Shown here one piece after another: positions 62,655 to 64,000 of a stretch of DNA of 64,000 nt. Position 1 is the stretch's first letter; each line of letters starts with the position of its first letter. A model generated the notes under the pieces. It had not been told where the DNA came from and searched no databases. It saw only the letters and a program-made list of their open reading frames with translations. The translations under genes and the position numbers were made by a program. The stretch is from Raja brachyura (taxonomy: Eukaryota), in the NCBI GenBank assembly GCA_963514005.1, contig OY740804.1, positions 41,850,001 to 41,914,000 of the forward strand. The letters run 5' to 3'.

Positions 62655-64000
62655 GAGAGACACAAAATGCTGAAGTAACATGGATTGCTGACATTCCGGG
62701 CAAACAGGAGGGGCAGGACAGAGTATGGGTAGTAATCGGTGGGATGGGGGGAGGGGTGATAGGCAGATTGTTTGACAAAGGCCAGAGATGAAACAACAGG
62801 AAAAACCCAATGGGTTGTGGATTGCGAAACTCCGTGGTGTTAAACTTACAGATTGGGCACCCATTGGAATGGATAGAGGGGGAGGGAGAGGGAGAGACAG
62901 GTGAAAGGTCAATCAAGCTTCAGGGAGGGTGGGTGGGAATCGAGGGGATGAAGGTTATTTGTGCATAAGTTCTGTAAAATTGGAGTATTCAATGTTGGAA
63001 GCTATCCAGGCAGAATATGAGGTGCTGTTCCGTCTAGTAGCCTGTGGCCTCACTCTGACAATGGACGAGACCCAAGAAAGAAAGATCAGAATGGTAATGG
63101 GAAGGGCAGTTAAAATGGTTGGCACCCAGGAGATCCAGGCCTTGGTGGACAAAGCACGTATTGGGCAAAGTGGTCGCCAAGTCTACACTTGGTCTCACCG
63201 ATATACAGGACCCCACTTGGGGAACACCGGATGCAGTAGATGAGGTTAGAGGAGGTGCACATGAATCTCTGTCTCACCCTGAGATCCCTGGATGGAGATG
63301 AAGGAGGAAGTGTATGGACATGTGGTGAAGAGGGTGGTGAATCTGTGGAATCCATTGCCATAGACGGCTGTGTAGGCCAAGTCATTGGAAATGGAAAATG
63401 TGAAGATTCGTGATTAGTACAGGTGTCAAGGGTTATGGGAAAAAGGCAGGGGAATGTGGATGAGAGGGAAAGATATATCAGCCATGATTGAATGGCGGAG
63501 ATTCGATGGGCCCAATTCCTTAATTCTGCTCCTAATTATGAATTATGGTGTTAGATCTCCTGCATCGGCTGGGGAAAGTACCCGTGGAGGGGGTGGTTTG
63601 GGTGGGAAGGGATGAGTGAACCAAAGAGTTGTGGAAGGAGCAATTTCTGTCGAAGCCGAGATGGAAAGGTGTGACTTGTAGTGAGTCCATGGAAGTGACG
63701 GACATGTAGGAAATGCGGAGGCTGGTGGGGTGAAAGGTGATGACCAGGGGAGCCCTATCCCTGTTGTATCTCGGGGGGGGGGGGGGGGTGAAAGGGAAAC
63801 CACGGGGCAGGGGAGATGCGGGTAGGGATCCATCTATGACAGCCGGGGGGAAACCACCTTTATAAAGAATGAGGACATCTCGCATGAGGAATCGAAAACC
63901 TCATCTGGGGAGCAGGTGCGGTGGACACTGAGCAACTGAGAGCAGGGGATAGCGTCATTGCCAGAGGCTGAAGCCCGTCTGTTCCCCCGGGGCTCCAGAG
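62655..64000 (-). mobile_element. Decayed Penelope-like element with a CR1 3' fragment (~63325-63545) inserted
   Basis: RQRFMCTSSNLIYCIRC...LYIGETKCRLGDHFA; NRDRAPLVITFHP. Confidence 0.8.

Overview
Vertebrate genomic DNA that is very rich in repeats. The repeat set (CR1-type LINEs, tRNA-derived SINEs, Penelope) suggests a cartilaginous fish such as a skate or ray; this is an inference. The only recognisable host gene is an IGSF8/EWI-2-like gene on the minus strand (about 45040-61695; signal-peptide exon not found in the window). It has three intact Ig-V exons, a transmembrane exon, and what looks like a decayed copy of the missing third Ig exon. The main accessory feature is a decayed class I (epsilon-like) endogenous retrovirus at 8803-23749 on the minus strand. 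It has both LTRs, a 4-bp TSD (ATAC), a tRNA-Pro PBS, a PPT and no env. Its pol carries a putative 2H-phosphoesterase domain (two HxT motifs) between protease and RT. The provirus sits inside a SINE and hosts a nested CR1 plus hAT-like MITE, a foldback transposon, a Harbinger MITE and a hammerhead-ribozyme fragment. Also present: a DIRS retrotransposon, three Penelope elements, many minimal hammerhead motifs, a Tc1 transposon, non-autonomous Helitron-like elements with captured fragments, a near full-length CR1, L1/Tx1, Rex/Babar and Gypsy fragments, and minisatellites. All family assignments come from motif recognition by eye, with no database searches.
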